NCBI GenBank assembly: GCA_043228905.1
Contig: JBHGNT010000013.1
Location: forward strand, 13,020,001 to 13,084,000
Direction: 5' to 3'
Length of the DNA: 64,000 bases
From: Azolla caroliniana
Lineage: Eukaryota > Plantae > Polypodiophyta
Shown here: positions 49,449 through 62,829 of the stretch, piece after piece
Position numbering within the stretch: position 1 is the first letter of the stretch
Layout of the letters: every line of letters starts with the position of its first letter
Position numbers and translations under genes: made by a program
The notes under the pieces: generated by a model
What the model was told of the DNA's origin: nothing
Databases searched by the model: none
What the model saw: only the letters and a program-made list of their open reading frames with translations

Positions 49449-52400
49449 GGAAAACCTCACACCTGTACGATAAAACCGAAGAAACCTTGTACCATAGGTA
49501 GGGAATTTTTGTTCTCCGACAGCGGAGCGTGTACGATAGTCGGCATCGGCGGCCGAGAGAAGAGAAAGGTGGAGGGGAGACTTCGAGCGTGCGGAGTTCT
49601 CGGCCCTGACGAGGAAATCAACGGAGCCGTGGAGGCGGTCTCATTCGACGACACCTTGGGAATGCTGGGAAAGGTAGTCGAAGAAGGCCTTAACGAAGAC
49701 CGGACGATACCGGTGTGTTCCGAGGAGATGTACGAAGTCATCGCGGACTTCGGTCGAGGGCTCGAGTCAGTTCGGACGGCCCACGTAAGCACCAAGTACA
49801 AGACTGTGGACCGGAAGGTAAGGCCAGTCGCGGCACCCTTACCGGAGGACAGCGCGTCGAGAATCAAAGGGGTTGCATCGGACCCTAGTCTACGAGATCC
49901 GGCCTGCATAGGACACACCTTCACCGACGAGACGCTCCGAGAGCTCAAAATCGGTGGGGGCGGGTTCCTACTGCCGGCGGAGGAAGACCGGTTTCGGAGA
50001 ATGCTCGGAAGGCACGGGAAAGCCTTCGCATTCTCGCCGGAGGAAATCGGGTGCGTTGACCCGACGATCGTGGAGCCGATGGTGATATTCACGGTACCGC
50101 ATGTACCATGGAATCTCAAGCCAATCCCGGTTCCGAGAGCTCACATCCCGAAGTTGATGGAGCTGCTGAGGCAGAAAGTTGATATGGGAATTCTCGAGCC
50201 GTCGAGCGCCCCATATTCGAATCGATGGTTTACCGTACCGAAGAAAAACGGTTCGTTGCGCTTCATCCAGGACCTGCAGCCGGTCAATCGAGTGACCATT
50301 CGGAACGCAGGGATCGGACCGACCATAGACGAGTTCGCGGAGGCCTTCGCCGGAAGGTCAATTTACTCGGTCGGGGATCTATACTCAGGGTACGACCAGT
50401 TCCAGCTAGCCGTGGAGAGCAGAGACATTACGACGATGCGAACTCCCCTCGGCCTAGTTCGGATGTGTACACTGCCGCAAGGAGGGACCAACTCGGTGGC
50501 CCACATGGTGAATGCGATGAACAAGGTTCTGAGGGACTGTATCCCGGACGTCACCATGCCGTTTCTGGACGACATCCCGATCAAGGGATGCCCGGTGGAA
50601 GAAAAGGACGAGACGATCGGGCCGGACGGATGCCGGCGATTCGTGGTAACGCACATCGACGACTGCGAGAAGGTGCTACAAAGGCTAGAGGATGCGAGGC
50701 TCACCTTCTCGGGGGAGAAGTCAGCATTCGGGCAGTCGGAAATCATGGTGGTCGGACATTTATGTGGACCATATGGCCGGAAACCGTCTCCGGCAAAGAT
50801 AGAAGCCGTCTCCGCGATGAAGCCCGACTGCAGCTCGGTCACGGAAGTACGGAGGTTCCTGGGGGCATGCGCGTTCTACCACATATGGATCCCGCATTAC
50901 GCACACGTCGCGGAGCCACTGTACGGGTTGCTGAAAAAGGGGCGAAGGTTCGAATGGCTAGACGAGCACGCGGAATCGGTCCGGAAGCTGAAAGAGGCCC
51001 TTGCAGCGGCACCGGCACTCCGGAAGGCGGTATACGGGAAGGGTACCCCGGTATTCATAACGGTGGATACCAGTCCGACCGGGATCGGATGGGTCGTGAA
51101 CCAGGAAGACGAGGACGGCAATCGGTTTTCGATCCGATTCGGCGCGAAAGTCCTCAGTGAACGGTAGCGAGGATACGCCCAGGTTAAACGCGAACTCTGG
51201 GGTATTGTTTCGGCGGTTAAGGCCGACAAAGACTACCTGATAGGGACAGCAGTGATCATCGAGACGGATTGCCTGCCGATTCTCGGTATGGTTTCCGGAT
51301 GCGCGACTCCGGACCTGGCGATGCTCAGGTGGATAGCGTACATCAAGTCCCTGGACCCGGAAATACGACACATTTCCGGGAAAGACAACGCCATGGCCGA
51401 CATGCTTTCGAGGGCGAGGTTCGACGACGAGGACGGCATGGTTTCGGAAGACGAAGAAGTCGGCGTGGATTTCTTCGAGGCGGCATACATAACGACCGAC
51501 GGGATGAGCACTCCGGCGCTTAACGAGTTCGACGCGAGCAAGTACGACGGGGAGTGGCTGCAGATCGGCGGGTTTTTGAAGACAATGACGCCTGATGCGT
51601 CATGGACGAAGGACGAGGCCAACCGGATCCGGAAGAAAGCATATCGATTCTTTCTCCGAGATGGGCATTTGTGGAAGCACCCGAAGAAGAGGAACGGCGT
51701 CCCGCTCCGGGTGGTGGCGATGAAGGAAGAACAGGAGGAGCTACTGGCGGCCTACCACGGCAGCCCTTGGGCTGGACACCGTGGAACGTGGGCGACATTT
51801 GAGAAGCTGAAGGGGAAGTACTGGTGGCCGGGATTGTACCGGGACGTGCATCGGTTCGTGTCGACTTGCGAGAGTTGTCAGATGCACTCGATAGTCCGAC
51901 ACCGGGACGGGCTTCGCCCTACGTACCCTCCGACTATCCACTTCAAATGGATGGTAGATCTAGTGACGATGCCAATGGGGGTAGGACAAATGCGGTATCT
52001 GGTCCTAGCGCGGGAAGACCTGACGAACCAGGTGGAAGGCCGAGCCCTTCAGAACAAGACGACCGCGGCCGTGTGTCGGTTCCTGATCGAGGACGTGATA
52101 TGCCGGTACGGGTGCGTCGGGAAGATCGTGGCTGACCGAGGGGAGTTGGACGCCGAGGAAGCCGCGGAGCTGTTCGATCGGCTGGGAGTCAAACTCTCGC
52201 TCACCACTGCGTACAACCCGGAGGCGAATGGAAAGGTGGAGCGCGGACACGGGCCGATCGTTAAAGCGCTGGTTCGGGCATGCGGGGGCCAAGTCGGTAA
52301 CTGGCCGCGACTTCTACCTTATGCTTTGTGGGCCGACCGGACTACGCATAGTTCGGTAACCGGGTACATGCCGACAGAGCTCATATTCGGCCAGAAGCCG

Positions 52401-52892
52401 ATCATGCCGATGGAACGAACAATCTCCTCATGGGCAACGGTCGACTGGAGGGACGAGATGAGCCGGGAGGACTTGTTGGCAGCGCGTATACGACAACTCG
52501 AACGGAGACCGGAGGACGTGGAGACGGCTGCAGAAAGAATCCGAGTGGCGAGGATAAAGAACAAGGCCAGGTTCGACCGAACGCACCGACTCCGACCGAA
52601 GAAGATCGAACAAGGTGACTGGGTGCTCGTCTACGACAGCAGCCTCGACAACCAGCACCGATCAACGCGGAAGTTCGCACGGAGATGGTTCGGGCCGTAC
52701 ACGGTACAGAGCGCCAACGAAAACGGGACGTATCATCTGGCGGAACTCGACGGTACGAGAATAGCGATACCCGTGGCCGGGAAGAGGATCAAAGCTTTCA
52801 AGAAGCGGCACGACGACGAACCCGACCCGATTCTCCTGGACAGCAGCGACGACCGATCCGAGGCCGAGGAAGGGCCGGCAGGCGAAGAGTAA
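49401..52892 (+). CDS. pol: Gypsy B Pol (RT-RNase H-integrase) with a single in-frame TAG at 51165-51167
   Basis: DLYSGYDQF, LPQG, PFLDDI, TVDTSPTGIG, HHCC zinc finger, VDLV..ADRGE..NGKVERG, WFGPY; no chromodomain. Confidence 0.92.
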
Positions 52893-53682
52893 AGGCGGGC
52901 CGGTTTTCTCCGTGCCAACTTAATTTGGCGCATGCCGGTGGATGCGCGGTTAGGTGGGGGCGGATGTCGTGAAGAAAACCGCCCACAAGAGGAATCGGAG
53001 GAACAAGGCGTGGGGAAACGGCTCTACACACACACACGCGCCAAGAAGTACCTAAGGGCGAAGTAGGTACGTACGAGGATCCTAGGTGGGTAGATTCGGT
53101 TGGTATGCAGTTAATGCCAAACGGCCTCTTGACAGGATATAAAAGGAGGAGGAAGAATAGAAGTGGGGGATCTCGCGCGGAGAGGAGGAAGTGCTGCCGA
53201 ACCGATTTCGGAGCTCCTCTCTCACTCCTGCTTTCTCTGTCTTCTGCTCCATCGCGTACCTGTGCTGGTTTCGAGGAGGCTTGCGTTGTTCCGTGGAACG
53301 CCCCGAGTGCGTCCTGCAGCACCTCCGACCTGTTTTCCCTTTCTGTGCGTCGCGACATACAGGGGTCGGCATCTGTTCGCCGCCCTGTTCGTTTTCGTTA
53401 GTATCTATTCCGTGCCCCACCGTGGGTTGTAATACTTTAGTCTGTTATTTTCTTGCATTCATAAGCACATATCTTTCGTTGTTGCGTCCATCTGCGTCGG
53501 CGTTTATTTGTGATCTCTGTTTGTTGGGCCGTGTCCCTGTGCAATCTTCGGTTCTGTGTAATCGGGTCTCTCTCTTACTCCGCTCTCTCTTGCTCTTCGG
53601 TCCAAGACCCCCGTGGTCCCTCCTCCTTTCTGCACGCAAGGGCGTAGCAACCCCGACAACGCGCGTAACAACGTGACATATT

Positions 53683-53700
53683 TGGTGAACCCGACGTGAA
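53683..53700 (+). promoter_or_regulatory. Primer binding site of A, tRNA-Trp
   Basis: TGGTGAACCCGACGTGAA 4 nt after LTR end. Confidence 0.85.
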
Positions 53701-53722
53701 GCAGGCGGCAGAGGAGCAGAAG

Positions 53723-56700
53723 ATGAGGGGGTCGGATCTTGCAGAGGCCATGGCTTCGACCATGGACCGGATAGTGAGCGCGCGCGAGGGCACCGGCGCC
53801 CTTAACAGGGCTATTGAGGCGATCGTCGGTATGATCGGCCGGTTCAGTGGAAAGGATGCCACGAGTTATTTGGCGTCCTACCGGGCGGAGATGTTGATGA
53901 GGGATATTCCGGAAGAGAGGCGTCTTGCCGGATTCCCTCGAGTGGCGATGCCAGGCATCCATGCGAAGGTGCTCGAGGTCCGGGTGGAGAGCCGGACATG
54001 GGAGGAGTTCGAAGGACGGCTCCTGGAGAAATACGGGTTGGATGACGCGCTTCGACTTTCGAAGCGGAGCTTCATGGAGTGGGTGGAGTCCCCCAACAAA
54101 GGAAGAAATGCGTCGGTACTCCTCCAGGAGTTTGAGGAACGCTTTGCGCACCTTTCGGCGCTCGATCGGACCGTTCTGGACACAAGTCATGTCCTACTGT
54201 TTGTCAAATCGGTTAACGCATGGGATCGGGGGCAAGTTGGCTCCTTACCAGAAACCGAAGACGGACTGACGACCGACTGGGCCGCGGTAAAGAGAGTCTG
54301 CGGCCATTTTGACAAACGGTGGGAGTGGGCTGATACAGAGGCGACCGGGGCGGGACCTGTCGTAGCAAGGAAGCTCGAACCGATACCGCAAGCGCGAAGG
54401 GAAGAGACCCGGGAGTGGCTCGAAACCGGTTCGTCTTCGACCGGCGTGATCAGAGGCTCGTTCGGGGGAACAGCTCTAGAGGAGTTGACACGAGCGGTAA
54501 AGGATCTCCAGATCGCCCAGGCTTGGAGGGAAGGCGGCAATCAGGCTCGTGACCGACGGCCTCCAGCAGGAAGTAGGTGCATGTGGTGCGACGAGGTAGT
54601 GTACCTATGGGAAGACTGCGGGGACTTTATGGAGGCTTTGAGAAGCCGGGTAGTGTACCTATGGGAAGGTCGGGTGCACGCCAACGATACCCGGAGAGCC
54701 CTGAACCGAAACGACGGGCGAGGAGGAATGAAAAGGCTGATGGAAGAGGCGGCAGCCCAGCACGCGGAGACCGTCCACTACTCAGCGTCAGCCAGTATTC
54801 GGGTCGGAGGCAGCGAGGCCCGGAAGGAGAGCAAAGCCGAGTTCTGACCGACGGTGCTGGAAGGCCTCGTCGGTGCCCGACTGAAGAGAGACGAGGCAGA
54901 CCGCGCGGAGAAGCGGGTCTAGGAGGTAACTGGGTGGAGTGACCCAGTCAAAGAAAAGAAGGGTTTCGTCGAAGCAGCTTGCCAGAACTACGAGGCTCTG
55001 GTTGAAGACAAACGGGTAGGTAAAATCGAAGGGGCCGGACCCTCAGAGAGATACGAAACCCGATTCGGGCCGAAACGGAACGAGGCCGGTGAGTCCAGTG
55101 CCCGGGATAACCACAAGAAGGGCGGATACCGTTTGGGCACGGAGATCGAAAGGACCACAGACCTACGAAAGGTCCTGGAAGAACGAATCCTCGACAGCAA
55201 GGTGGAACTGTCGTTGCGGGAGGTGCTCGGGATTGCCAAGCAGCAGTTCCACAACTCCATCGTGGACTTGGTGAAGAGGAAGAGGCTGTCGACGGAGGCA
55301 GAACCGGAAAGGCCGGTGGAAGTGCAGACGGCGCACAGAGAGGACATGGCGCTGGAAGACGAGTGGGCGGAGAGCCACTATTCGAGGCCACACTGGGCCC
55401 GAGCGACCACGGAAACCCCGGAGAAGATCGGGGATGTTCAGGAACCGGTGGTAGCGCTGGTGGACCACGGTTCGGAAATAAACCTGATGTCCATGGACTT
55501 CTACAAGAAGGGGAAATGGCCGATCAACACTAAGGATGGGTGGAAGATACGGGCGGTGATGCACGCATCCGAGGAACTACACGGGGCCTGCCCAAACGTG
55601 CGAGTCAAGATCGGCGACGTCGAGATAGACCAGCACTTCTTTGTGCAGGAAACGTCCTCGCACCCGGTCATACTAGGGGAACCGTACATTACGGCAGCAC
55701 GAATGGAGACCAAGGTGTTGGACAACGGGTCGGCTTACGCGAGGGTCAAGATTCAGGACGGGTGTCATTCGGTCCAGTTCCTGACGGTGCGACCGAACCA
55801 CGAGCGAAACCGCGAGTCCCTCGGTGGCAAGAACCGAGAGGATTTTTAGAGAGGGCTGCCAAGGCATGGGGCCGCGACAGTCCAGACACTCCGAGAAAAC
55901 CCCACAAATGTACGATAGAAGTGAAACTAAAGAAACCTTGTACCATAAGTAGGAAGTTTTGTTTCTCCGACAACGGAGGGTGTACGATAGTCAGCATCGT
56001 TGGCTGAGAAAAGACAAGGGCGGAAGAGCGACTTCGGGCGTGCGGAATTCTCGGGCCCAGTGAGGAAATATACGGAGCCGTGGAGGCGGTCTCCTTCGAC
56101 GATACCTTGGGAATACTGCGAGAGGTGGTCGGAGAGGGCCTTAAAGAGGACCGGACGATACCGGTTTGTTCAGAAGAAATGTACGAAGTCATCGCAGACT
56201 TCAGTCGAGGGCTCGAGTCGGATCGCACGGCCCGGGTTAACACGAAGTACAAGACTGTGGACCGAAAGGTAAGGCCAGTCGCGGCACCCTTACCGAAGGG
56301 CAGCGAGTTGCGAATCGAGGGGGTCGCGTCGGACCCCAGTTTACGAGATCCGGCCTGCATAGGGCACGCCTTCACCGACAGAACGCTACGGGAGCTCAAA
56401 ATAGGTGGGGGCGGGTTCCTACTGCCGACGGAAGAAGACCGGTTTCGGAGAATGCTCGGAAGGCACGGGAAAGCCTTCGCATTCTCACCGGAAGAGATCG
56501 GGTGCGTAGACCCGACAGTCGTGAAGCCGATGGTGATATTCACGGTACCGAATGTACCATGGAATCTCAAGCCAATTTCGGTACCGAGAGCTCACATCCT
56601 GGAGCTGATGGAGCTATTGAGGCAGAAAGTCGATATGGGCATCCTCGAACCGTCGAGTGCCCCGTACTCGCACCGGTGGTTTACCGTACCGAAGAAGAAC

Positions 56701-58569
56701 GGGACGTTGCGCTTCATTCAAGACCTGCAACCGGTCAACAGAGTGACCATTCGGAACGCAGGAATCGGACCAACGATAGACGAGTTTGCGAAGGCCTTCG
56801 CCGGAAGGTCGATCTACTCGGTCGGTGATTTGTACTCGGGGTATGATCAGTTCCAACTAGCCGTAGAGAGCAGAGACATTACGACGATGCGGACTCCTCT
56901 CGGCCTAGTGCGGATGTGCACCCTGCCACAAGGAGGGACGAACTCGGTGGCCCACATGGTGAATGCAATGAACAAGGTGCTGAGGGATTGTATCCCGGAC
57001 ATCACCATGCCATTCTTGGACGACATCCCGATCAAGGGATGTCCGGTGGAGGAAAAGGACGAAACGGTTGGATCGGATGGATGCCGGAAATTCGTGGCGA
57101 CACACATTGACGACTGCGAGAGGGTGCTACAGAGCCTAGAGGACGCGAGGCTCACCTTCTCCGGGGAGAAATCGGCCTTCGGGCAATCAGAGATCATGGT
57201 CGTCGGACATCTATGCAGGTCGTATGGCCGGAAACCGTCTCCGGCTAAGGTGAAAGCCATATCCTCAATGAAGCCCGACTGTAACTCGGTCACGGAGGTA
57301 CGGAGGTCTGAGTAGTGGCGATGAAGGAGGAACATGAGGAGTTGCTGAAGGCCTACCACGACAGCCCCTGGGCTGGACACCGTGGGACGTGGGCCACGTT
57401 TGAGAAACTAAAGGGGAAGTACTGGTGGTCGGGACTGTACCGGGACGTGCATTGGTTCGTGACAACTTGTGAGAGCTGTCAAATGCACTCCATGGTCTGA
57501 CATCGGGACGAGCTTCACCCCACTTACCCTCCGGCCATCCACTTCAAATGGATGGTAGATTTGGTGACGATGCCAATGGGCGTAGGGCAGATGCAATGTC
57601 TGGTGCTGGCCCGGGAGGACCTAACGTACCAGGTGGAAGGCCGAGCCCTGCAAAACAAAACGACCGTGGCCGTGTGTCGGTTCCTGATCAACGACGTGAT
57701 ATGCCGGTACGGGTGCGTCGGAAAGATTGTGGTTGACCGCGGGGAGTTGGACGTCGAAGAGGTCGAGGAGCTGTTCAACCGGTTAGGGATCAAGCTCTCG
57801 CTCACCACAGCGTACAATCCGGAGGCAAACGGGAAGGTAGAGCGCGGGCACGGGCCAATCGTCAAAGCGCTAGTCCGGGCATGCGGAGGCCAGGTCGGGA
57901 ACTGGCCACGGCTGTTACCTTATGCCTTGTGGGTGGACCGGACAACGCACAGTTCGATAACTGGGTTCATGCCGTCAAAGCTCATGTTCGAACAAAAGCC
58001 GATCATGCCGATGGAACGGACGATCTCCTCTTAGGCGACAGTAGATTCGAGGGACGAGGTGAGTCGGGAAGAACTGCTAGCGGCACGTATACGGCAGCTT
58101 GAGCGGAGGCCAGAGGACGTGGAACGAGCGGCGGAGAGACTTCAAACGGCGAGGATGAAGAACAAAGCCCGGTTCGACCGAACGCACCATCTACGACCGA
58201 AGAAAATCGAGGAAGGCGACTGGGTGCTAGTCTACGACAGCAGCCTCGACAACCAACACCGAGCAACACGGAAGTTTGCGAAGCGGTGGTTCAGGCCTTA
58301 CGTGGTAACGAGCGCCAACGACAACGGGATGTATCACGTGGCGGAACTCGACGGTACGAGGATAGCGATGTCGGTAGCAGGGAAGCGGATAAAAGCGTTC
58401 AAGAAGCGCCACGACGACGAACCGGATCTAAGAGGCCTGGACAGCGAAGACGAACAGTCTGAAACGGAGGGCGAACCGATGGACAAAGAAACGGAACCCG
58501 GACCGGTTTTCTCCAACCAGAACCCAATTTTGGTGCATACCGGTGGATGCGCGGTTAGGTGGGGGCGGA
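53723..58569 (+). pseudogene. Gypsy A gag-pol pseudogene
   Basis: Colinear with B; several stops; ~850-bp deletion at ~57307. Confidence 0.9.
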
Positions 58570-59227
58570 TATCGTGAAGAAAACCGTCCCTTAGCGCAAT
58601 CGGTGAATAGCGCCCATGAACCGGCCCTTCACGTGTGCGCGCTCTTAATGTATATAATAGAGAATTAGGTACATAGAGATATCCTGGGTAGTTAGATTCG
58701 GTAGGTAGGAAGTAAATGAGGGAGACGGCTCCCTTCTTAATGCTATAAAGGAGAGGGAGACGCAGGGAAAAAGTCATCGCGCATTAAGGAGGACGAACTG
58801 TTGTCGGATTGGAACCGAACGCTTCTCCTCTGTTCGTTCCCCATCGCTCTTCTCTACAGGGTTTCGGGAGGCTCGCGCTGCTTCGAGGAACGCCCGTGTG
58901 CTTCCGGCAGCACCTCCACCCTTTTCTCCTTTCGTGCGCAGACGAACAGGTGTCGGCATCTGTTCGCCGGCCTGTTCGGTTGTAACCGCTCGCGTGCTCT
59001 GTTGTGTACTTGATATTCGTTAATATACAAACACTTGTGTCTCCCTGTCTCTGTGTCCATTTGCGTCTTCTGTCTTGACGGGCCGTGCCCCCCCCCCTTT
59101 GTGTTTCTTTGCTCATACGTGACCGGGCGTCGCTCTCTTTCTCTTTCCCCTTCAATCACCTGCTCTTCGGTTCAAGACCCCGGTGGTCCCGCCTCGTCTC
59201 TCCACGCACGCGCGTAACAACGCGACA
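58570..59227 (+). repeat. Gypsy A 3' LTR
   Basis: Follows GGTTAGGTGGGGGCGGA tract; ends CGCGACA; roughly 95% identical to the 5' LTR by eye. Confidence 0.92.
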
Positions 59228-59231
59228 ACGC

Positions 59232-62200
59232 AATGCTTGCTTGAGGCCATAGAGTGGCTTCTTGAGTCGGCAAACAGCTTTTGGATGGGTGCTTGCATTG
59301 AAGCCGGGTGGTTGGATCATGTACACCTCCTCTTCTAATTCGCCTTGTAGAAAGGCGTTCTTGACGTCCATTTGATGGAGGTGCCACCCTTTCGCCGCGG
59401 CAATCGAAATTACGGTCCGCACTGTCGTCATCTTTGCCACCGAGGCAAAGGTCTCTTCGTAGTCGACGCCATGCGTCTGAGCGTATCCTTTCGCTACAAG
59501 TTGAGCTTTGTAGCGGTTCATGGAGCCATCGGCGTTATACCTCACCTTGTAGATCCATCTGCATCCGATCGCCTTTTTCTGTGGTGAGATGGGAACGAGA
59601 TCCCACGTCTTGTTCTTCCATAGTGCCTGCATCTCCTCATTCATTGCTTCAATCCATCACGGGTCCTTCACGGCTTCCAAAAAGGTTTCCGGCTCCCGTA
59701 CTGTCGCTACCTTCATCATAAATGCGTAATGGTACACCATATAATCGTTGTAGCCGAATCGGCTTACGGGGTTCTTTTCACGAGTGGATGGGCAGAGCTT
59801 TTCATTTGCAGAGATGAGGGCTTTCTTGGCTCCGATTGGTAACTCGAAACCACCGAGCTCACTGTCGAGTGAGTGAGTCGACTCATCGTCGTTGAAGTGA
59901 TCATCTTCGTATTCCGACATTTTCGCCTTGCCTTTGTCCATCTTCGGGCTAGGCCGTGATGTGCTTTGATCTCTCAAAGGCTCTTGTGGTCCGCTCAATC
60001 GGATCGTGATCAGACTTTCTTCGAATATGCGCATAAGGCGATCTTCATCCTTGATCTCTTGTTCGGCGAATTCCGGGTCAAGCGGAGTCAGAGTTGGAGT
60101 TATCTTTGGTGCGTACCAGGATGCGGACTCGTCAAAAACGATGTCTCGACTTACTCGAGATTTTCGAGTTGAGGGGTTGTAGCACTTGTACCCCTTTTGC
60201 TCCAGTGAGTATCCTATGAGGATATATTTCTCCAACTTCGGGTCAAGCTTTTGACGCTTCTCGTCGAGGATGTGCACGTACACAATGGAGCCAAATATCC
60301 GAACATGTGATAGGTTCAGCTTCTTTCCGAAAAAAATTTCGTGCGGAGTGACCTCGTGCACGCCGGATGTTGTGCACCGGTTCATTAGGTAGACGGTCGT
60401 ATTTGCAACTTCGGCCCAATATGACTTGGGCATATGCTTCTCGTTCATCATGGCCCGCACTACTTCGAGGATGTGATGATTTTTGCACTCGGCTACTCCA
60501 TTTTGTTGTGGAGTGTGTCGTCAAGTGAATTCTCGCCGAATTCCTTCCTTTCGGAGATACACCATCAAATCGTCTGAGAATTACTCCTTGCTGCCATCTG
60601 ATCGAAGGCATCGTACATGTCGGCCCGTGGCTTTCTCGACTTCATTCTTGAAATTTTGGAAGTGTCCGAACACTTCGATCTTTTGCCGCATTGGGTAGAT
60701 CCAAGTGTGCCTAGAGAAGTCGTCGATGAAGAGCACGTAATATCGGCATCCGGCGAATGTAGTCGTCTGCGCCGGTTCCCATACGTCGGAATGGACTACG
60801 TCGAGTAGACCTTTGCTCACGTTCCGCTCTTTCGAGAATGGGTGTCGGTGTTGCTTGCCGAATTGACACGCTTCGCATACACCTTCAATCTCCTTCTCTT
60901 TGAATGTCAGGAGTCTGATGACAACTCCTTTCTATTTCATTTCTTTGAGTTTGTTGAGATTGATGTGGCCGATTCGCTTGTGCCATAACTCTATGTCAGA
61001 GTCGGCTTTCGTGTTTTTCGCGAACATGGCGGATTTCATCTCACATGAATCGAGAATGAACATCTGGCCCTCTCTTCGTCCGCGTGCGATGAGTCGGCCC
61101 TCTTTTTCGATGAAGCAACCGCCTTGATTAGATCGAACTTGCATCCCTTGCTCTACAATTTGGCTGACGGAGACCAAATTCTTCGTAATGGTTGGTACAT
61201 GCAAGACATTTTTAATGTAATTTTGCTTACCTTCTTTTCCGAACGGAACATTGCCAATGTGCCGAATAGGGTGAATAGTGTTGTCTCCGGCCCTCGAAGT
61301 TCTCAGAACCATTCTTGATGCGATGTCATATGGTTCGAGGCACCGGAATCGACGAACCATACATCTTCCGGACCGGAGGCACTAGTTGAGGTAGCGGCTA
61401 ACATAGAGTTTGCTCTATGTTTCATCATGAACATTCCGCCACGGTCGGAGTTGTGCGCATACATTCCGCAACGATCTTCGTAGTCAGAGTTGTGCTCGTA
61501 CATTTCACCACGGTCGGAGTTGTGTGCATACATTCCGCCACGATCTTCGTAGTCGGAGTTGTGTGCGTAATTCGTGAGTTGTCGGCTTGTGGAAGCCGAT
61601 TCACGCATCTTCTTTCGGCACTCTTCTTCGTGGTGACCAAGCTTTCCGCAATATCCGCATTCGGTTGCGTTTTGACGGCTTGGGCCAGAGTGGAAGCTCC
61701 CCCTTCTTGCGAAGGTTCCTCGTTGGCCTCCGTTTTGCGGCCAAAACTTGGGAGTTGTGGTCATAGGTCGGACCTCGTCCGCCTTGTCCTTGGCCGAATC
61801 GTCCTCTCGCTCGTCCGCGTCCTCTTCCTCCATTAGAGTGCGTGTAGAGCATGTGGACTTCCGACTCATTGCTGCTTGTACGCACGTGGTTTTCTTCGAC
61901 CAATAGCATTGATTGGAGCTTGAAGAAGGAGGGAGATTTCTCCCATGCTAGAACGGTCGTTCGCATCGCGCCGAACCGTGGTGCGAGGCCGCCAAGGCAT
62001 ATTTGCACCATCTCATCATCATCTATAGTTACGCATATTGAGCCGAGCGAGTCGCAAAGCTCCTTGATCTTCAAGGTGTATGTCGTGATGGACATGTCCC
62101 TCTGTTGAATGTTGTTCAACTCTTGGCAGAGTTGAAGTTTCCTCGCGGTCGTGTTGGCGGTGAAAATCTTTCCTAGATTTTCCCATGCTTCCTTCGGCAT

Positions 62201-62452
62201 CTTGGCTTCTCGAATGTAACCGAGCATGTGGTCGTGAACACATGTCGCCAAACAATACATCACGCGGCTTGCAGCTTGCTCCCATGTCGCGTATCCGGGA
62301 ACCGCTTCGGCGGATCGGTCTTCATGCGCTCCTTTGATGTAGCTCCAATAGCCTTGTCTGACAAGGTATTGGTGCATCTTGTACTCCCAAGATGTGAAGT
62401 TGTTTCGATCCAACTTCTTGGTAGGGAGAGCGCTCCCCATTTGAGTATTCAT
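59232..62452 (-). pseudogene. Copia C gag-PR-INT-RT(N) pseudogene
   Basis: ORF fragments 61601-62452, 61303-61869, 60932-61360, 59657-60460, 59156-59644 with copia motifs. Confidence 0.9.
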
Positions 62453-62599
62453 TATGTCGATTCTTCTTCTTCTTCTTCTCTCTTCGAATGTGAGCTATGT
62501 AGAGAAGCTACGATAGCTATGACCCAGTTCTTGGTCGTCGGCATAGAGCACAACACACGATCACGATGAGGCGAATGGGCTAGATCGAGCTACCAAATC

Positions 62600-62611
62600 G
62601 CTCTGATACCA
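62600..62611 (-). promoter_or_regulatory. Primer binding site, tRNA-iMet
   Basis: TGGTATCAGAGC adjacent to LTR. Confidence 0.9.
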
Positions 62612-62829
62612 TGTAAAGAATCAAGAGATGGATTCTTGTGAAGCAGAAGAGATGTGAGTTATGTGTGTGTGTAAGAGAGAGAGAGAGAGTGAGAGTGAAA
62701 CACAGAGAATACGCAAGGTAAAAGTCTATTGACAAAGGAGAAAGACTCAACATTATACAAGGTGGGAGGAGGGTGCTTTATGTAGTCACCCTCTCTCTTC
62801 ATTGACTACAAGACTCATGGAGCAGAACT

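Larger units (their letters stand above)
46541..53658 (+). mobile_element. Gypsy B, full length and very recent, nested in the 5' LTR of A
   Basis: 694-bp LTRs (46541-47234, 52965-53658) with about 3 differences by eye; TSD ACGC at 46537-46540 and 53659-53662. Confidence 0.97.
45904..59227 (+). mobile_element. Gypsy A (tRNA-Trp primed), degenerate; LTRs 45904-46540+53663-53678 and 58570-59227
   Basis: TSD ACGC at 45900-45903 and 59228-59231 restores copia GLKQALRAWH; PBS 53683-53700; gag/pol with stops and RNase H deletion. Confidence 0.95.
44184..62824 (-). mobile_element. Ty1/copia family C, copy 2, near full length, RT split by nested gypsy A; 5' LTR truncated
   Basis: 3' LTR 44184-44570, PPT, RH (HARTKHIEVHYHFIRE), RT (LYVDDL; MDVKNAFL), INT, gag-PR (WFVDSGASNHM), PBS-iMet, 5' LTR from 62612. 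Confidence 0.95.

Noticed and set aside
47433-57380. Long antisense and alternative-frame ORFs in gypsy A/B
   Set aside because: Expected in GC-rich coding DNA; no recognisable motifs.
45904-59227. Nested A LTRs appear more diverged than those of the host copia
   Set aside because: Most differences are transitions in a CpG-rich LTR, and only ~210 bp of the copia LTR pair is comparable; consistent with methylation-driven mutation.
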